Shown here: in pieces, positions 1 through 13,300 of the stretch
Numbering within the stretch: position 1 is the stretch's first letter
Layout: each line of letters opens with the position of its first letter
Source of the DNA: Amoebophrya sp. A120
Lineage: Eukaryota; Protista; Dinoflagellata
Assembly (NCBI GenBank): GCA_905178155.1
Contig: CAJINV010000002.1
Location: 12,285,621-12,349,620 of the forward strand
DNA: 64,000 bases
Direction: 5' to 3'
Program-made: the position numbers and the translations under genes
Notes under the pieces: generated by a model
The model's input: only the letters and a program-made list of their open reading frames with translations
Told to the model about the DNA's origin: nothing
Database searches by the model: none

Positions 1-119
1 TAGGAGACCTTCTCAAAACCTGTCATGCTAGGGCGTGCATGGTATACCTTCTGGATCATGCCAAAGCTGCATCACAAACCTCTGCATTTTTCCAGACCCA
101 GACATTTTTACACTTGATA
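1..119. mobile_element. Introner family A, partial (right end only)
   Basis: Ends in ttccagacccagacatttttacacttgata, the family A TIR. Internal sequence matches the end of the 49848-50109 copy. Confidence 0.9.
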
Positions 120-3100
120 CGACGAGGCCGGCGGCAGTGGTTGCGCAGAAGACGCAGATGCCCCGGAGCCACTACCACTCGCTGCTGCTTGCGCAAATGG
201 TGCACTGCTCGACGAGGAAGAACTCGAAAGCGTTCCTTGTCCTTGCTGCAGCGCGCTGTTGCTGTTCACGAGCAGGTGAGCAGGTGTTGCAGAGTGCACT
301 ACGGTTCCTGCAGATGATATCATGCCACCGACAACCCCAGCTCCACCATCGTCAAAGGTAGACCCCGCCACACTGGTGCCTGTTGAGGATCGACCACTTG
401 GAACCATTCCTCCGCCGAGCGTTGCCGATTGGTGGGAAACAGACGCCGGTATGGCGGGAAAATTCACGTTACTTGCTGACGAGCTCACACCTCCCAATGG
501 CCCTCCACCGACCGTGGTGTTCACCGTCGTGCGAATGCCCTGAGAGGCGAGCGCTGGCGCAGCAAACGGGTCGACCGAATGCCGCAAAGCCATGCTCTGG
601 AGAGGACCGCCACTGGTAGTGATTTATTTTTCTTTTTGTGAATATCAATTTTTTTGAAAATTTATCACAGATCACAGATACATTCGTTGCTGGAGTAGTG
701 AACTCTTGTGGTACCGTGCGGTTGCCAGCGATGCTCGTATCATGGCGTCCTCTGCGTCACGCGTGGATCTTCGCAGTGGCTCCGATTGAACCATAAATGA
801 AGCGGAGTTATCGAGGACCGTGCTGCCCAAGTTGTCTCCACCCCCATGCTCCATGACCCCGTCGAGCATTGTAGCGGAACCCCCTGCGAGGGGTCCCCCG
901 CCAACTCCCCCCGGTTGCCCCGCCCCGGGTCCTCGCTGCGGCAAGCCGAGTCCGAGTTGCTGCTGGTGCATGGTATTCAACACCTCGGGTTCGGGTGTGG
1001 GGGCAATCTGGTGAAACTGTGAAATTCGGTACACGATCTGATTGTACGCGTCTGGATATTTTTTCTTGACAATGTTGTTCAACGCGTCCGCGGTCAACTT
1101 CTCGGCAACCGTGTAGGTCTGTGCGCGGACGTACGCCGTCCGCTTCTGCCCCTTCTGGACCAGCGCAGTCTCGCCAAAGTAATCACCTAGGTTTGTTCGT
1201 TCATGACTTGTTTTTCTGCTCACTGGTGGCGGGTTGGACAATCCTTCTGTATCGGTCCATACACACATTTCAAGTTAGGTTTATTGTAGGTTCTGTTTCA
1301 TATATTGTGCGTCGTGCGCAGCTGTGGCGGGAAAAATAGGTGTACGTGTATCTATAAACAGGGAATACTACACCACGCAAGTTCGTGCGATAAACATCGT
1401 ACGGTGGAGACAAGGAGTAACTTCTACTCTAACACCAACTCTTGGAAGGAATATTTTTAGCACAAGACCACGACCAGAAGCACCTTCTCTTTTCTGTGCG
1501 ACGACGAGCTTATTTCGTGCGGTGGGAATGCCATTGGGTCCCGGCATGGAGTTTCGCCGGATGACGACGACGTCACAGAGACCGCGCAGAATGAAGTACA
1601 TTTCGAAGCCCTCCTGCCCGAACCGAATGATGTAGTCCCCCGGGGAAAACACCTCCTCGGCAAAGTTGTCGAGAATTTCAGCGACTCCGGCGGGGTGCAA
1701 GTCGCGAAAAAAGGGCGCTTTTTCAATCAGCGAGGCGAAGAGGCAAATCTTGATTTCCAGCACCAGTGCCTTCGAACTCGTGTTGTAGAGCAGATCGCAG
1801 GCCTGTTTGTCGTGCTGGACCTCTAGAAACTGGTGGTACATATTGATCCGCTATCAAATGTAAAAATGTCTGAGTCTGGAAGATTGCCAGGTTTGTCATG
1901 CACATTTTGCATGACTCCTGATGTCTATGATGCATGCCCTAGCGTCACAGATTTTCTGAAGGCTTCCTAATGCCTATTCCGCATGACAAATGCTCTTTCC
2001 GTGTTGCAAAACTTGGACTCTCTTTGCTGCTCATGCAATACAGATTTTTTTAGAATCCAAAATCAGCATGACAAGTTAGATTCTTCCAGACCCAGACATT
2101 TTTACAGTTGATATCCGCTTGTGGAGATTGGGCGGAAGCTTAATCTGCGTATGGGGCTCTCAAACGTTACATTCTCAACTGTTACATGATTTGTCATGCA
2201 AAAACGCTATCACTTTTCATAATTTCAAACCTTCTCCGCATGACAAGTTCTCGACGCGCTAGATAGCATTGTAATCTGCTCCAAACCTGTAACGCAAAAG
2301 GAGCAAGCTTTTCCCTTTCACTTTTGCCATTCTTGCATTACAAATTTCATGTAACAGTTGAGAATGTAACAGTTGAGAGCTCCATACTGCGTCATGGCCG
2401 CGTTGATCGCTGCCTGTTGCTCCAAAGTTTTACCTCAAGTCAATTTAAAATATGTTAGCTATGGCTGTGTATTGCGTGACGTGGACGTGAGCCCGAAAAC
2501 GAAATCGCCTTTTTGCACATAAATTTGCATACTCATCAAGATGAATAAGAATACAAGACGAACCCTGGTGCACCAGGAGGTCCATGACTGAAAACAGCAA
2601 CGCAAGATCATGTACGCTGTACTTTTTAAAATCATCATCCGCTGCTCGATGAGCACGATGCGTGCGAAAATGACGGCTTCGGCGAAAGCTCCGATGGGCC
2701 GGAGCATGGTGATGCAAAGAACCACGCTGCTGTCGTCTCGATCTGTCATAGAAGTTGGAGGGGAAGCCGAGAACAGGAGTACTGCATCGCGCAGGGCCAG
2801 AATGTAGAACCTGTAGTTTTTATTATGGAGGAACTGAAGCTGCAACTAAGCTGATACACTGATAGCGATTGATAAAAAAGATAAAACCCTGTTCTGCTTT
2901 TTCGCACGCCCGATGTAGAGGATGAGCGATGAGAATGGCGTGGAGGACGAGGCTAGTACTAACAACATCTTCACAAGACGAGTTGCATTTCCAATGCGCC
3001 AGGCAATCAAGTAAGTACTGTCTGGTGCACCTCCTAATGATCCTGATTTAACCACGATTCACACATACTGAAATCAGGCTCAAGCACAGCCAGGTAAACA

Positions 3101-5728
3101 AGAACGACGAGTCAATACTTCCAGACGGATATGTGTTTGACATCCGCTTCGTAGGTGGTTTCCTGATCTGTGTCATAGAGGACGTAAAACCAGGCGACGG
3201 CAAACAGGTGCACAAGCAGAAACATCATGAAGACGAGCTCTGCGCCGGCCCACACGCCCTGGCGGTAGGGGCTGATGACGACCCCGCCCTGACTGGCGGC
3301 CGCGCGGTCCCGCCGCACCGTTTCGTACCGCAAAAGCCGTAGCAAACCAAACCAACTACAGGCAGTCCTGGTTGTCGTAAATTTGATGTTGAATCAAAGG
3401 AGCGGTTTAAAAGTCACTCTTGGGACGAAGTAGTCGTCGTATCTACAGGCCGACTCTGCAACGAAAACTGGAACAAGGGGAAGGGCAACATGTCAGGACC
3501 AACGAGCATAATTTTTCTTCAGGTTCAGTGTAATGGAGGTCCCAGCCCAACTCGTACTACGAATAGCACCTCCACCAGGCAACAGCATTTGTCTCTGCCT
3601 CACCTTTTTCCGGACTGGCTCATGGCATCCACCCAGAGGAGGTTTCCTAGTAGAGTCAGCCAGTTGGCCCAGTACGCCGTTTTGCGGAACAAAATGCGGC
3701 GGATGTCCGCTGGCTCCACGTATTCCCGGCCCTCCTGAATCTCCACGATGCTGGTCCGCAGGGGAAAGAGCAACTCGAAGATCACGAAGGCAAACTCGGC
3801 CACCATGTCGAACACGAAGACTTCTAAAAGGTTGTCCGACCATTTCTTGGTCTTGTCCCCCGCTAACGGGTAGAAAAACCCGAGGTAGAAGGTGGTAAAA
3901 ATCGCGTTGTACAGCATCAGAATGGAGCACAGCTTCCGGCCGAACAGCAGCAAGTCGGAGTGCCCCGCGCGCCAAAACACGGACAAATGCGTGGGCAGCT
4001 TGCCGTACAGCTGCGTGGCAGTGGGGTTCACGCTGTCGGTGTCGGTGTCGCGAATCTCAAACTGGTCGAAGGAAAACCGGCTGAACTCCACCACCGCGCC
4101 GAGGTCTATCGTCGTGCTGGCCCGGGCGTGGTGGCCAGTGGAGAGCGACATGCGGCGGCCGATCGCCGCGCGCGCGCCCGAGCCCCCGCCGGGCCCGCTG
4201 CCGTGGTGAGCGCCCGTGAGCTGGTTGATCCGGCCCATGCTGCCCGGGAACATGGAGATGGAGAAGCTGCGCTTCCGCCCGAGCGTGGGCGGCGCGGTAT
4301 GTATCTTGCCAACCGTCACATTTCCGTCCACTGGTATTGCAATCAAAAACGCCCCCACCCCCGAACGTGGAAGCATTTGTATTGCAAACCTTTCAAAGTG
4401 AAACACTCGCCCTTTTGCATCTCTCAGCATCACAGATTCCCGATCGTGAATAGCAAAAATTTGCATTGCAAAAGATCCCTCCAGCAAAAGCGGCGCTTGT
4501 CATGCAAGCGATGCGATACTTACACGCCTAGACTCTGCATCAGAAAGGTTCGCACTCCTTTCATGCATGACAAAAAGTTTTTATTTGGAAACTTCGCATC
4601 ACAAATTTTTGCAACTTTGCGGGTGGTGGCATTTTTCCTCGCGATAACTGGCGGGAACTGATCGTCCTCCTCCCCGGTTCCGTCCGTACTGGCCGTTTCG
4701 TGCGACACGATGCTCATCTTTCTGGACCTGTCGCCGCCGAAGGGCTCGGACTTGCTCGGGTCCACCCCGGTTTGCATTTGCTTCCCATTCAGCTGCTTGC
4801 TCATCGCGTTGCTCGCCCGTTTTTTCACCTGCCGCTTGCTGCAGTGGTGCAGGTCTGCGGAGGCCATCAGAAAATCCTCGGAGGAACTGCTGGTATTCGT
4901 CCGCGCGTCTTTCCGCGGGTCCTCAGCACTTGAGCTCGACGCCGCGCTTGTGTGCTGTGTGTGGTCCACCTGCTGTGCGGAGGAGCTACCACCGGCCTCG
5001 TCAGGATCGGTCTTTTTCTTGATGGTGATGCCCCCCTTCGAGGAAGATCTCGTTGATATTGCCTGACCAGCCGCTCCGCCCGCGGCGGCGTGACGCACTG
5101 AAGGTTCCACAGCCTCTTTTTCCATTTCGTTGTCAAAATCCTGCAACAAAGTCCTCCGGCCTTTCGTGTTGCTACTTTTATCTTCATGGTCGCGCGGATC
5201 TTTTCTGTGTCCGCCGGCACTCCCCGCTGGTAAAAACGGTGTTGCGTAGGAACAGCTTGCCTCGAGTCCCAAGTGCTTGTCAACTCCTGCGCCTTTTCCG
5301 ACTGCACGGGCTAATGTCGTACTAGCTGTACTCGCGCTGAAAGGTGTAACGGTCGCTGGACCAGGTGCATTTGCTCTACCTGCTGGTGCTCGATCTACTT
5401 CATCGGCGTTTGGATTTAAAAATCCTGTTTGTGTTTCCAGCCCGGTCGTGTTGTAATTCGAGCTGTTTGTTGCATTTCCATACTTGCGTGCTTCCTCGAC
5501 GACGACGCGGCCCGCTGGTCCTCGCGCTCCGGTTCCGACCCTACCGCCGGGTTGACGCTCTTCAATATCGTCCGCGCCCGCCTGGTGACGGAGCGGTGCA
5601 TGGGGAGATTGAAACCCACTGTCGGCATAATCATCTTCCGTCAGCGACACCTGGTCATCGTGTAGTACCTGGCCCCGTGGGGTTTCCCTTTTCTCGTTCT
5701 CGCCAACCCTCGTCTCGTCCCCGACCAT
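120..5728 (-). CDS. Cyclic-nucleotide-binding 6TM cation channel (CNG/HCN/EAG-like), multi-exon, 3' end outside the window
   Basis: Spliced exons give TM helices, S4-like WFGLLRLLR, C-linker TQIKLPPNLHKRINMYHQFL (only after introner removal) and a cNMP-binding domain (APFF...FSPGDYIIRFGQEGFEMYFILRG...GDYFGETAL...RTAYVRA). It has GT-AG introns plus 4 introners. Start codon is tentative. Confidence 0.85.
1852..2113. mobile_element. Introner family A (262 bp), non-canonical intron in the channel gene
   Basis: TIR tatcaaatgtaaaaatgtctgagtctggaag / cttccagacccagacatttttacagttgata. Direct repeat tccgc at 1847-1851 and 2114-2118. Removal gives in-frame LHKRINMYHQF. Confidence 0.95.
2150..2386. mobile_element. 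Introner family B (237 bp)
   Basis: About 40-bp TIR tatggggctctcaaacgttacattctcaactgttacatga. Direct repeat ctgcg at 2145-2149 and 2387-2391. Removal gives AAINAAMTQIKLP. Confidence 0.95.
4335..4646. mobile_element. Introner family G (312 bp), diverged TIR
   Basis: tattgcaatcaaaaacgcccccaccc versus reverse complement of the right end tatcgcgaggaaaaatgccaccaccc. Direct repeat actgg at 4330-4334 and 4647-4651. Removal joins ORFs 4520-5740 and 3600-4487 in frame (QFPPVDGNV). Confidence 0.88.
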
Positions 5729-7196
5729 AGTTCTTGCCACACGGATCGCTAGCCGCCCCCGCCTACAACGGGACGAGCTGCAAACCCCCTACGCAGCTGC
5801 AGTCCCGACTACGCTGCCCCGAGGCGAGGACAAACGCAAGCTCCTTGTTGTCATCTGCTGCTCGTAGCCGTAGCTGCACTGATGAACGGGAACCGGATCC
5901 AACATCTTGTCAGTCAATTTTCCACCTGCTCGATGTAGTTGCGCGACCGTCGAAATTCGACTTTTGTCGTTGTCCCCACATCTTGTTGTACTTGTGGTGG
6001 ATTTTTTTCTCTTCTTGATGAGGAATTTTATTGTTTGACGTTCTTGATGATCAAATTCCAGAAACGGAGACGAAGGACGCATAATTACCGGGTGCAGAGA
6101 TAATTTCCAAACTTTTCATTCAATTTCAATGGCGAGCAGCTGCCCCAACGCCAATTCCGCCGGTTGCTCTAGCCGAGAGTGCTGGGCAATTTCGTTTTTC
6201 CTCTCGTCCTCATCCATTTCCTCGAGCGGCGCCTCGGTGTGCGTGTGCGTAGAAGGATACGATAGATCATTCATCATTGCTATGCATGGCACGACCACAT
6301 GCACACGTGAACATCGGGCACGACCGCTTCAACTTCAAGACCTTATTTACAACAGAAGTGCCAACATCACTCGGAGTCACTCACATCTGCAGCTACAATA
6401 GCGGCGCCTTTGGTAGTTGAAGAACAAGGTCTCCTGAGCGAGCGTCGCTTTGGTCCAGTTGCAGTGGTTGAGACCGTCTCTCTCTCCGTCTGCCGTTGTA
6501 CCAGCACCGCATGAAGATTCATACCTCCAAGACTCGTTTTGCACGTCTGTTTTGGGCATCAAGGTCTTTCCGTCCTTGATGAACGACAACAAGAAGAAAA
6601 CAAGTTCTGGCGCGGCCTTGCTTTTTCTTGTTTTGCGACACTATGTGTTCAGTGGAAAATAAAAAGCCAAAAAGAACCATGATATGCACTTTCTCCATGT
6701 CTAAACTTTTTTTCTCATTACCGTCGAACAATAGATCAGTCATTATGTACTTGGAAATAGAGAGGTAATCACATATATCACTCGTCTCGTTTGGAGATTT
6801 GAATTAAGCACTATAACATGAAGTTCATGTTCATCTAGAAAGAACTACTTCAACTGCTACTTATTCATACATTCGCTTGGGCTGTCGTTCTCGTTACAAC
6901 GAAGCGCGCGAGGGATGAAATAGTGATAGAACAAGACAGAGGACGAGCTGATTCGGCCGCTTTCTCCTGGAGTCACAGTGAGGAGCCCGTCACACTCTAG
7001 AACCTCCCCGTGTCGCGTAGTTATACCCACTAGTACCGCTTACACCGTTGTGGTTGGCACCCACTGTGTGGACGCCCCTCCGCCTCCTCGTTGGTGTGCT
7101 GCTGCGGTTGCATTCACATTCACACCTGCCCCTGCAGACCATGATTCTGTTACAACGTTATAACTCGTAGATCCGCCGATGCTTGCCGCTGCAGCA

Positions 7197-9725
7197 CTAC
7201 CTAGAGCCAGAAGTGACTGTTGATGAAAGGTTCGCTTTCACTCGGTTGCGCAACTGCAGCTCCTCCGCCAACTCACGCAGCTGCCTCTCCCGGTCGTTTC
7301 GCGTGCCTAGCATCGACTCTGTGTGTCCGGGGACGGGCCCCGCACGGTAAATCAGATCAAAACCGCCGACCCGGGTGATCTGATCGTGGTAGTCCAGCGC
7401 GTTGCCATTTTCGTCTACCTGCGCCAAGTACTTCTCCAGATCCAGAATAGTCAGCACGTCGTCCAGTGTGGCGAACTTCATTTCGTAGTCCGCCTTCGTG
7501 TTGGCGGTCAAGGACGGGCTGGCGTTCACCTCAATCAAGGTGGGGTTAAAGTGCGAATCGATCATGATATCGTAGCCGTACATTTCGAAGCACTTGCGGT
7601 CTGCAATCATCACCCGCTGCACGGCCAGCAGACTGTAGATGATGATTTCCTCGAAACGATTGAAGAGGTCGATGGTGCGCTCACGGCCGATTTTGGAGAT
7701 CAAGTACTGCTTCATCCGCGGGATTTCCCACTTGCCGCCGGTGCGCTGGTAGGTGTTGTCCTTGGAGAAGAGGTTTTTCTGCACCGCCACGTTGGTCAGG
7801 TGCGAGGACAGCTTGGTCGGGTCCCGCACTGTGTCGACCGAGTATCGGGTCAGGGAAAACCGCGCGAACCCTTCTCGACTCAGCCACACGGTGAGCGGCT
7901 GGTAGGAGGTTACTAGTGCATAGATGCGCAAGTCAAACTTCCGCCCGCCGATCAGCAGCGGATTCTCGATGTACTTTTGCACGATGTAGGATTCCGCCGG
8001 CCCCTCGTCGGGGTCGAAATCGTTGCCACCCGCGCCCGCGCCGCCGTAGCCGCCATCGCCCCCGCCGCCGGCGCCGCCCCCGGTCGCGGGCTTCCAGTTC
8101 GCCAACTGGCTCAGCTTGGTGACCATGAAGATGCCAGTGCCCTGACTCCGGCCGACGGGCTTCATAATCCACACCTGCTTCCCGCACCGCCGAAACTCTT
8201 CGACGAACATGCTGTATTCCTGAGGCAGGAGAAACGTGATGGGTATCATCTCCTCGTACTTTCGGGCCGTTTCCAGTGACTGCGCGCTACCTTCCTTTTC
8301 CAACGCACGCTTGTGCCGCTTCACGTTCTTTGCTAAGAGGTCCTTGCGGGTCAGCTCGTAGTGGTTGCGAAAATGGTTCACGCGCTGCCAGGGCTCCAGG
8401 TGCAGCTTTTCCAGCTCCCCGTGAATCCAGTCCTTGTCTGCCCAGTGGATGTGCCAATCCTGCTTCAAGTGCTTCGTGCTCACCGCGCTGGTACCCGCAG
8501 GAGCAGCCACTGCACCTCCGCCAGCACTCGCGGATGTTGACGTGCCTGTCGCTCCTGTAACCGCAGAGCCACCACCGCTGGCAGTACTCGCAGGACCTCC
8601 CAGCTGTCTGGCACTTCCGGGCGGAGACGTCGTCGGGGGTGTGCTCGAAGAAGCAAGGAAAGAAATCGGTTGACCGCCCATACCAGATGCGCCGCTAGTA
8701 CCAGGTCGCGCAGATACAGATGAACCTCCTCCCTTCGTTGCGGCAGTAGGTGTTGTACCCGTTGTACTGCAGCTGGTGGCAACTACCCCCGGAATGCTGT
8801 CATTAGTCGTTGACGCAGACGCACCGGCACCAGATCCTATAGCAACGCCCCCAGAAGTGGACATTGTGGTTGTTGACGAAGCCGATTGCCCCGCTCTCCC
8901 GGTTGCACTCCCGCGGCGAGCGACGTTTGAACTCGACGCAGCAGCACCACCTCCTCCCGTTCCTCCGCCTTCCGTGCCGGCCGCGGCCGACGCAGACGAA
9001 ATCACGGACGCGCCGCTATCCTGAGTAAAAACGTACCCACACCAGAGTCAAGATGGGGAATCGGCTAGACAAATCCACAAGTTTTGGCTGTTTTGCATGA
9101 CAAATTTGGATTCGTAGTGTAGTGCTGTTTGAGCTAGCTCAGCAGCATGACAGATCTAGCATATCATGCTGATTGGAGCATGACAAATTGCAAAACACGA
9201 CTAGAAAACGCTTCTCATGGGGCTCCGCATGAGAAACATTTTCAGCATGCAGATTTGCATGACAACTATGGTGTGGGTACGTTTTTACTCAGGATAACCG
9301 CTGCGCGGGGTCCGCGGCGACGGCAGGTCATCGACGCCCCATTCCTTCCACCCCCGGCTCTTGAAAACGTCATTATGGAGAGAAAAAAGTTTGTCACAGT
9401 CATGTCACTAAGTTGCAGATTTTGCATTACAAATTTTTTTAGCATCACAGCTTCTCCTTGTATAATTGCAGAAACACTAGGGAAATCCCTTATGAAGTGT
9501 GGCTGTGATGCATTTTTACGCATGACAGACAATTTTGTATTGCAAAAACGCCCATTAGTGATCGTGACGAACTTTTTTCTTTTGATAGTCATAGATGGTG
9601 TTGTAGTGCGAGCTTCCCTCCCCCGTAACCGCGTCCGTGACGCGATGCAACTTGGCGCAACGAAATTTGATCTGTTGCCACGGCGCCGGATCCCGTTTAA
9701 TGATGCGGCGAAAATGCTCGGACAT
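7197..9725 (-). CDS. TTLL9: Tubulin polyglutamylase TTLL9-like (TTL family), 3 exons split by two introners
   Basis: Motifs IKFR...NTIYDVFKSRGW (restored by introner removal), HFRNHYELTRK, WIMKPVGRSQG, KFDLRIY, HLTNVAVQK, FEMYGYD and EVNASPS. Confidence 0.85.
9017..9296. mobile_element. Introner family C (280 bp)
   Basis: TIR tatcctgagtaaaaacgtacccacacca / tggtgtgggtacgtttttactcaggata. Flanks gccgc and accgc (4/5 match). Removal gives PRTPRSGASVIS. Confidence 0.93.
9374..9587. mobile_element. Introner family D (214 bp)
   Basis: TIR tatggagagaaaaaagtttgtcac / gtgacgaacttttttcttttgata. Direct repeat gtcat at 9369-9373 and 9588-9592. Removal gives NTIYDVFKSRGW. Confidence 0.92.
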
Positions 9726-10356
9726 GGCAACCGGAAAATCTTCTCGCACCACTCGAAATCGAAGTAGATCTTCATGCAGCTTCTAGATATTGTCTTCAAC
9801 ACTGAGTCATAGAAGCACGAGAAAGAGAAAGTATCATCTTGTCTGGAACGGAATCGGAAAACAACATTGCTTTAATAAACTTTTCTCTCAGCAACTCTTT
9901 TTTATTTTTACAGTCAGGCGTGTCGATGCATTTTCTTTCTACTATCCTCAATGCTACAACAAACCCGCCACGCCGTCAACTACTCCATTGTCATTGTGGT
10001 CTTCTCTTCTCCCCGTTCTTGGTGTGAATTAGTCTTAGTGACATCCCGTTGCCGTACGTACCACTTTTCAAATCCTTGATGAATGTTCATCCGCCTCGCC
10101 AATCCGACGAAAACCAAAACACGACTATCGTGGCCGCCAAGTCTCTGCATGGAACTGACACTGTATCATGGAGTGTCAGCTTGCTGTAAACAAAACTACA
10201 ACGAACTTCAAGCTCCCAGAGCCAGACTTATTTTGACGAAAAAAACTCCATCGCGTTAAGACTGAATTCGATGTCAAAGATGATTGGCGCTTTTGTCTCG
10301 TCAAAAGTCAAGTTGCATGCTTCACCACGCTCAGTGAAAAACAGGATGAAAGCTAC

Positions 10357-13300
10357 TTAGCCCGGCGGAGAGCTGCCAAAATGCTTCACACGAAATTGCC
10401 AAATTCCCGAGTGCCCATCGTATCCAAGAAATTCCGCGCCCTTTTCGACCGTCATGTTGCGCACTCGATCTAGGTACGCCTGGGGGTCTGCGAAGTTCGC
10501 CGGCGGCAGACAATTGTACATGATCACGGAGGCCGGTTTGTTCAATCCCTCACCAACGGGTGGCTTCGTCTCCTCCGAGAACAAAGGCGGAGGGTACACC
10601 TTGTTGAAGTAAACGGATACGGATCAAGTTGAAGTTAAAATCTGGATCTCTTGCTTGTGCTTATCATATTAATGCGAAAACATAAAACTGAAAAACGATA
10701 ACGACGGGATTGCAGATATTACTTAGGGCTTTTATCTTCTATGTATAATCTCTATCATCCCCGACCTCGAAAAGGAAAACAAAGAATCAAGCCGGCAAAT
10801 TCATCGTCTACTAAGTTAGTTAATACCACGACACATCCCCTAGACAGCTGCACGACCTCGCGGAAGTTGATTCCGCGGACGTCTGTAACGCCGTGGAAGG
10901 TGACCTGACCGACGTCGCGCTTGTGGACGGTCAACTCGTGCACAAACAGCGAGGAACCGTGCCGTCCCACGACGTCCTCCCGGCTGGGATCTAGGGTGTC
11001 CAAATCTGGAAAGAGTTCGAACTCCCCCGGATCCACCAGGAACCGGGTGTAGTTGCTAGCCCGCCCGAATTTCCGCTCAAGGGTCAGCTTGCGCTGCTTT
11101 TCCAGGTGGTACTCGGAGAATGGCTTCTGCTGCTTGAATTTGGTCTCCTCGTGCTGCTGCACGACACGAAACCGTCGGTCTTCGTCTTGTTGGAGGTGCT
11201 GCCCCGGCTGTTGTTGATGCTGTTGCGGCGCAGCCGACTGAGCGACCGATAACTGCACCTGCAGTTCGTCCTCCGCACAATACGGGACCGGTGTACTAGT
11301 TGTAACACACTCTTGGAGTCCTCCCGCAGGGTCCAGTGGGCGAGTGTAGTAATTTTCACGTGCAACTTCGTCGTAAGGACGGGGCGCTTCGCTTCGGGGG
11401 GCGTCGCTTGTCGAGGTGGACGGACGGTGTTGCGCTGCGTTTTTCTGCTGCTCTTCGTCGACATGAAGCTGGGACTGAGATATTAAGTGGTCATGTCGAG
11501 CGATAGAATAAGAATATCATCATAAAGCAGATCGCTGGTGATGTTGTTTTTTTTCACCCACGCATTCTTTTGTTTTTTTTTAATGATACGCGTACTTCCA
11601 CTTTTTTGCAGCAAGAGCCGTCTCACTCGATGTACTCGTACAGTACTGAAAGTCAAAAATAAACAGATGTACTCCTCGGTGTTCGAGATTGTTCCCCTGT
11701 TCGACGCAGAGAGGTGGCTGTCCTCCCACGGACTGATCTTGAGAAGCGCTAACATTCCGATGCTCATGCTCTTCCGCATGTGCAGGATTCGCGGCTGCGC
11801 CGGCATTGCTTTGACCAACAGTCCCCTGCAGCTGCTCAGATGACTCCGTCGAATCCTGCACAGCGGCCAGGTCGGCGTTAAACTGCGCCTTTACCGCTTG
11901 GTACCATTCCCGGTACTCATTCACATTAAACTGCGGAATCTGCGAGTGGGCCTTGAGATTGGCGATCTCTGGGCCGGGCAGGCTCTTATGCCTTGTCAAT
12001 TGCAGATAGAACATCGCGCTGCGCACGAAGCGTGCGTAGGGGGCGAGGATCGCAGACACCTCCAAGACCGCCTCTTCGTCGTACGCCGGGGGGCGGGGAA
12101 CAGCGGAGGAAGTGGCTCTTTCGCGATCCTGCTGGTGGTCAGCTTCTGCGGCACCTCCGTGCTCGGAACCATGTGGATCGAGCAAATATTCCTTCACGCG
12201 GAGGAACGTCTGCCGGGGCACTTTGTTGATCTGAAACAGGTTCAGTCGCTGCTCGAACATGCCCTTGCTCACGTAGCCCAGAATCGAGGCCCAACGCAAG
12301 TCGTGGAACTGCAGCAGTGCGCAGACGGACTCCACCACACGCTGGATCAGCTGCCGGTTCTTTCTGTGCTTCAGCGACGACGAAGGAGAGGAATTCGTCG
12401 AGGTCGGTTGCTCGCCTCTGCTTTGTCCTCTTTCTTCTTCTGCCACTTCTGCTGCAAATGAAGTAGATGAGCCGCCGGCGCCTTTTGCTTTTGCAGCGCG
12501 AGTACTGTTTGGTACTGACAAGTGCGCGACCATTTCGGCAGCACTGGCGACGTCAACTTGCCCGGGAATACCCGCGGCCGACGTCGGCGCCACGAACTCG
12601 TACTGGTGTGACAGCACGAAGTTGCGAAAGTCAATTTGCGCGTCCTTGCGGCGGATCAGCTCCAAACTGACGCGGATGCACTCCAATGATTCTTCCACCT
12701 GCATGGCGTTGTAGTCCTTGAATGACAAACCGTACTCCCGTTTCATGTAATGGTCCATGATCAGATAATCGGGGTCGTTTTCGGTGTCTGCCGCGTTGAC
12801 CTGCCCGCTCTGGCTCTGGCCCAGATGCGACACTGAAGCAGCAGACTCCTGAAGAAAGTCCCGCGGTGGCGGCGCGTAATCGTCGTGGTCAGGAGATGAG
12901 GTAGAAACACCACTTGTTCTCTGGTGCTCGCTTGCAGCTGCAGGCAAGGCGGACCGTGTGGAGGCCCGGTCGTTTTTGATTTCCTGCTGCGGCTTTAGAG
13001 TCTGATGGGCAGCTTGTTGTTGGCGTTCTGCAGTCAACGTGGACGAAGCGGTTCCCGAATGATGCAATCCAGCTGCTGTAGCACCAGGACGAGAGCCAGG
13101 AGCTACGTTCAAAACAAGTTCTCGGTGCTGTGTGCTCGGTTGCGCCGGTGGAATTCTGTGCACCAAATTGGAGCTCTTCGAGGGAAATGAAGCTGCTGCA
13201 CTTGCAGCGCTAGACGAGCCCCCGAGCGCGCTACCCGTCGGCGACTGTCGCTTCGAGCTGTTGCTCGATGTCGTTGTCGGCGAGGACTGAGCGGACTCCG

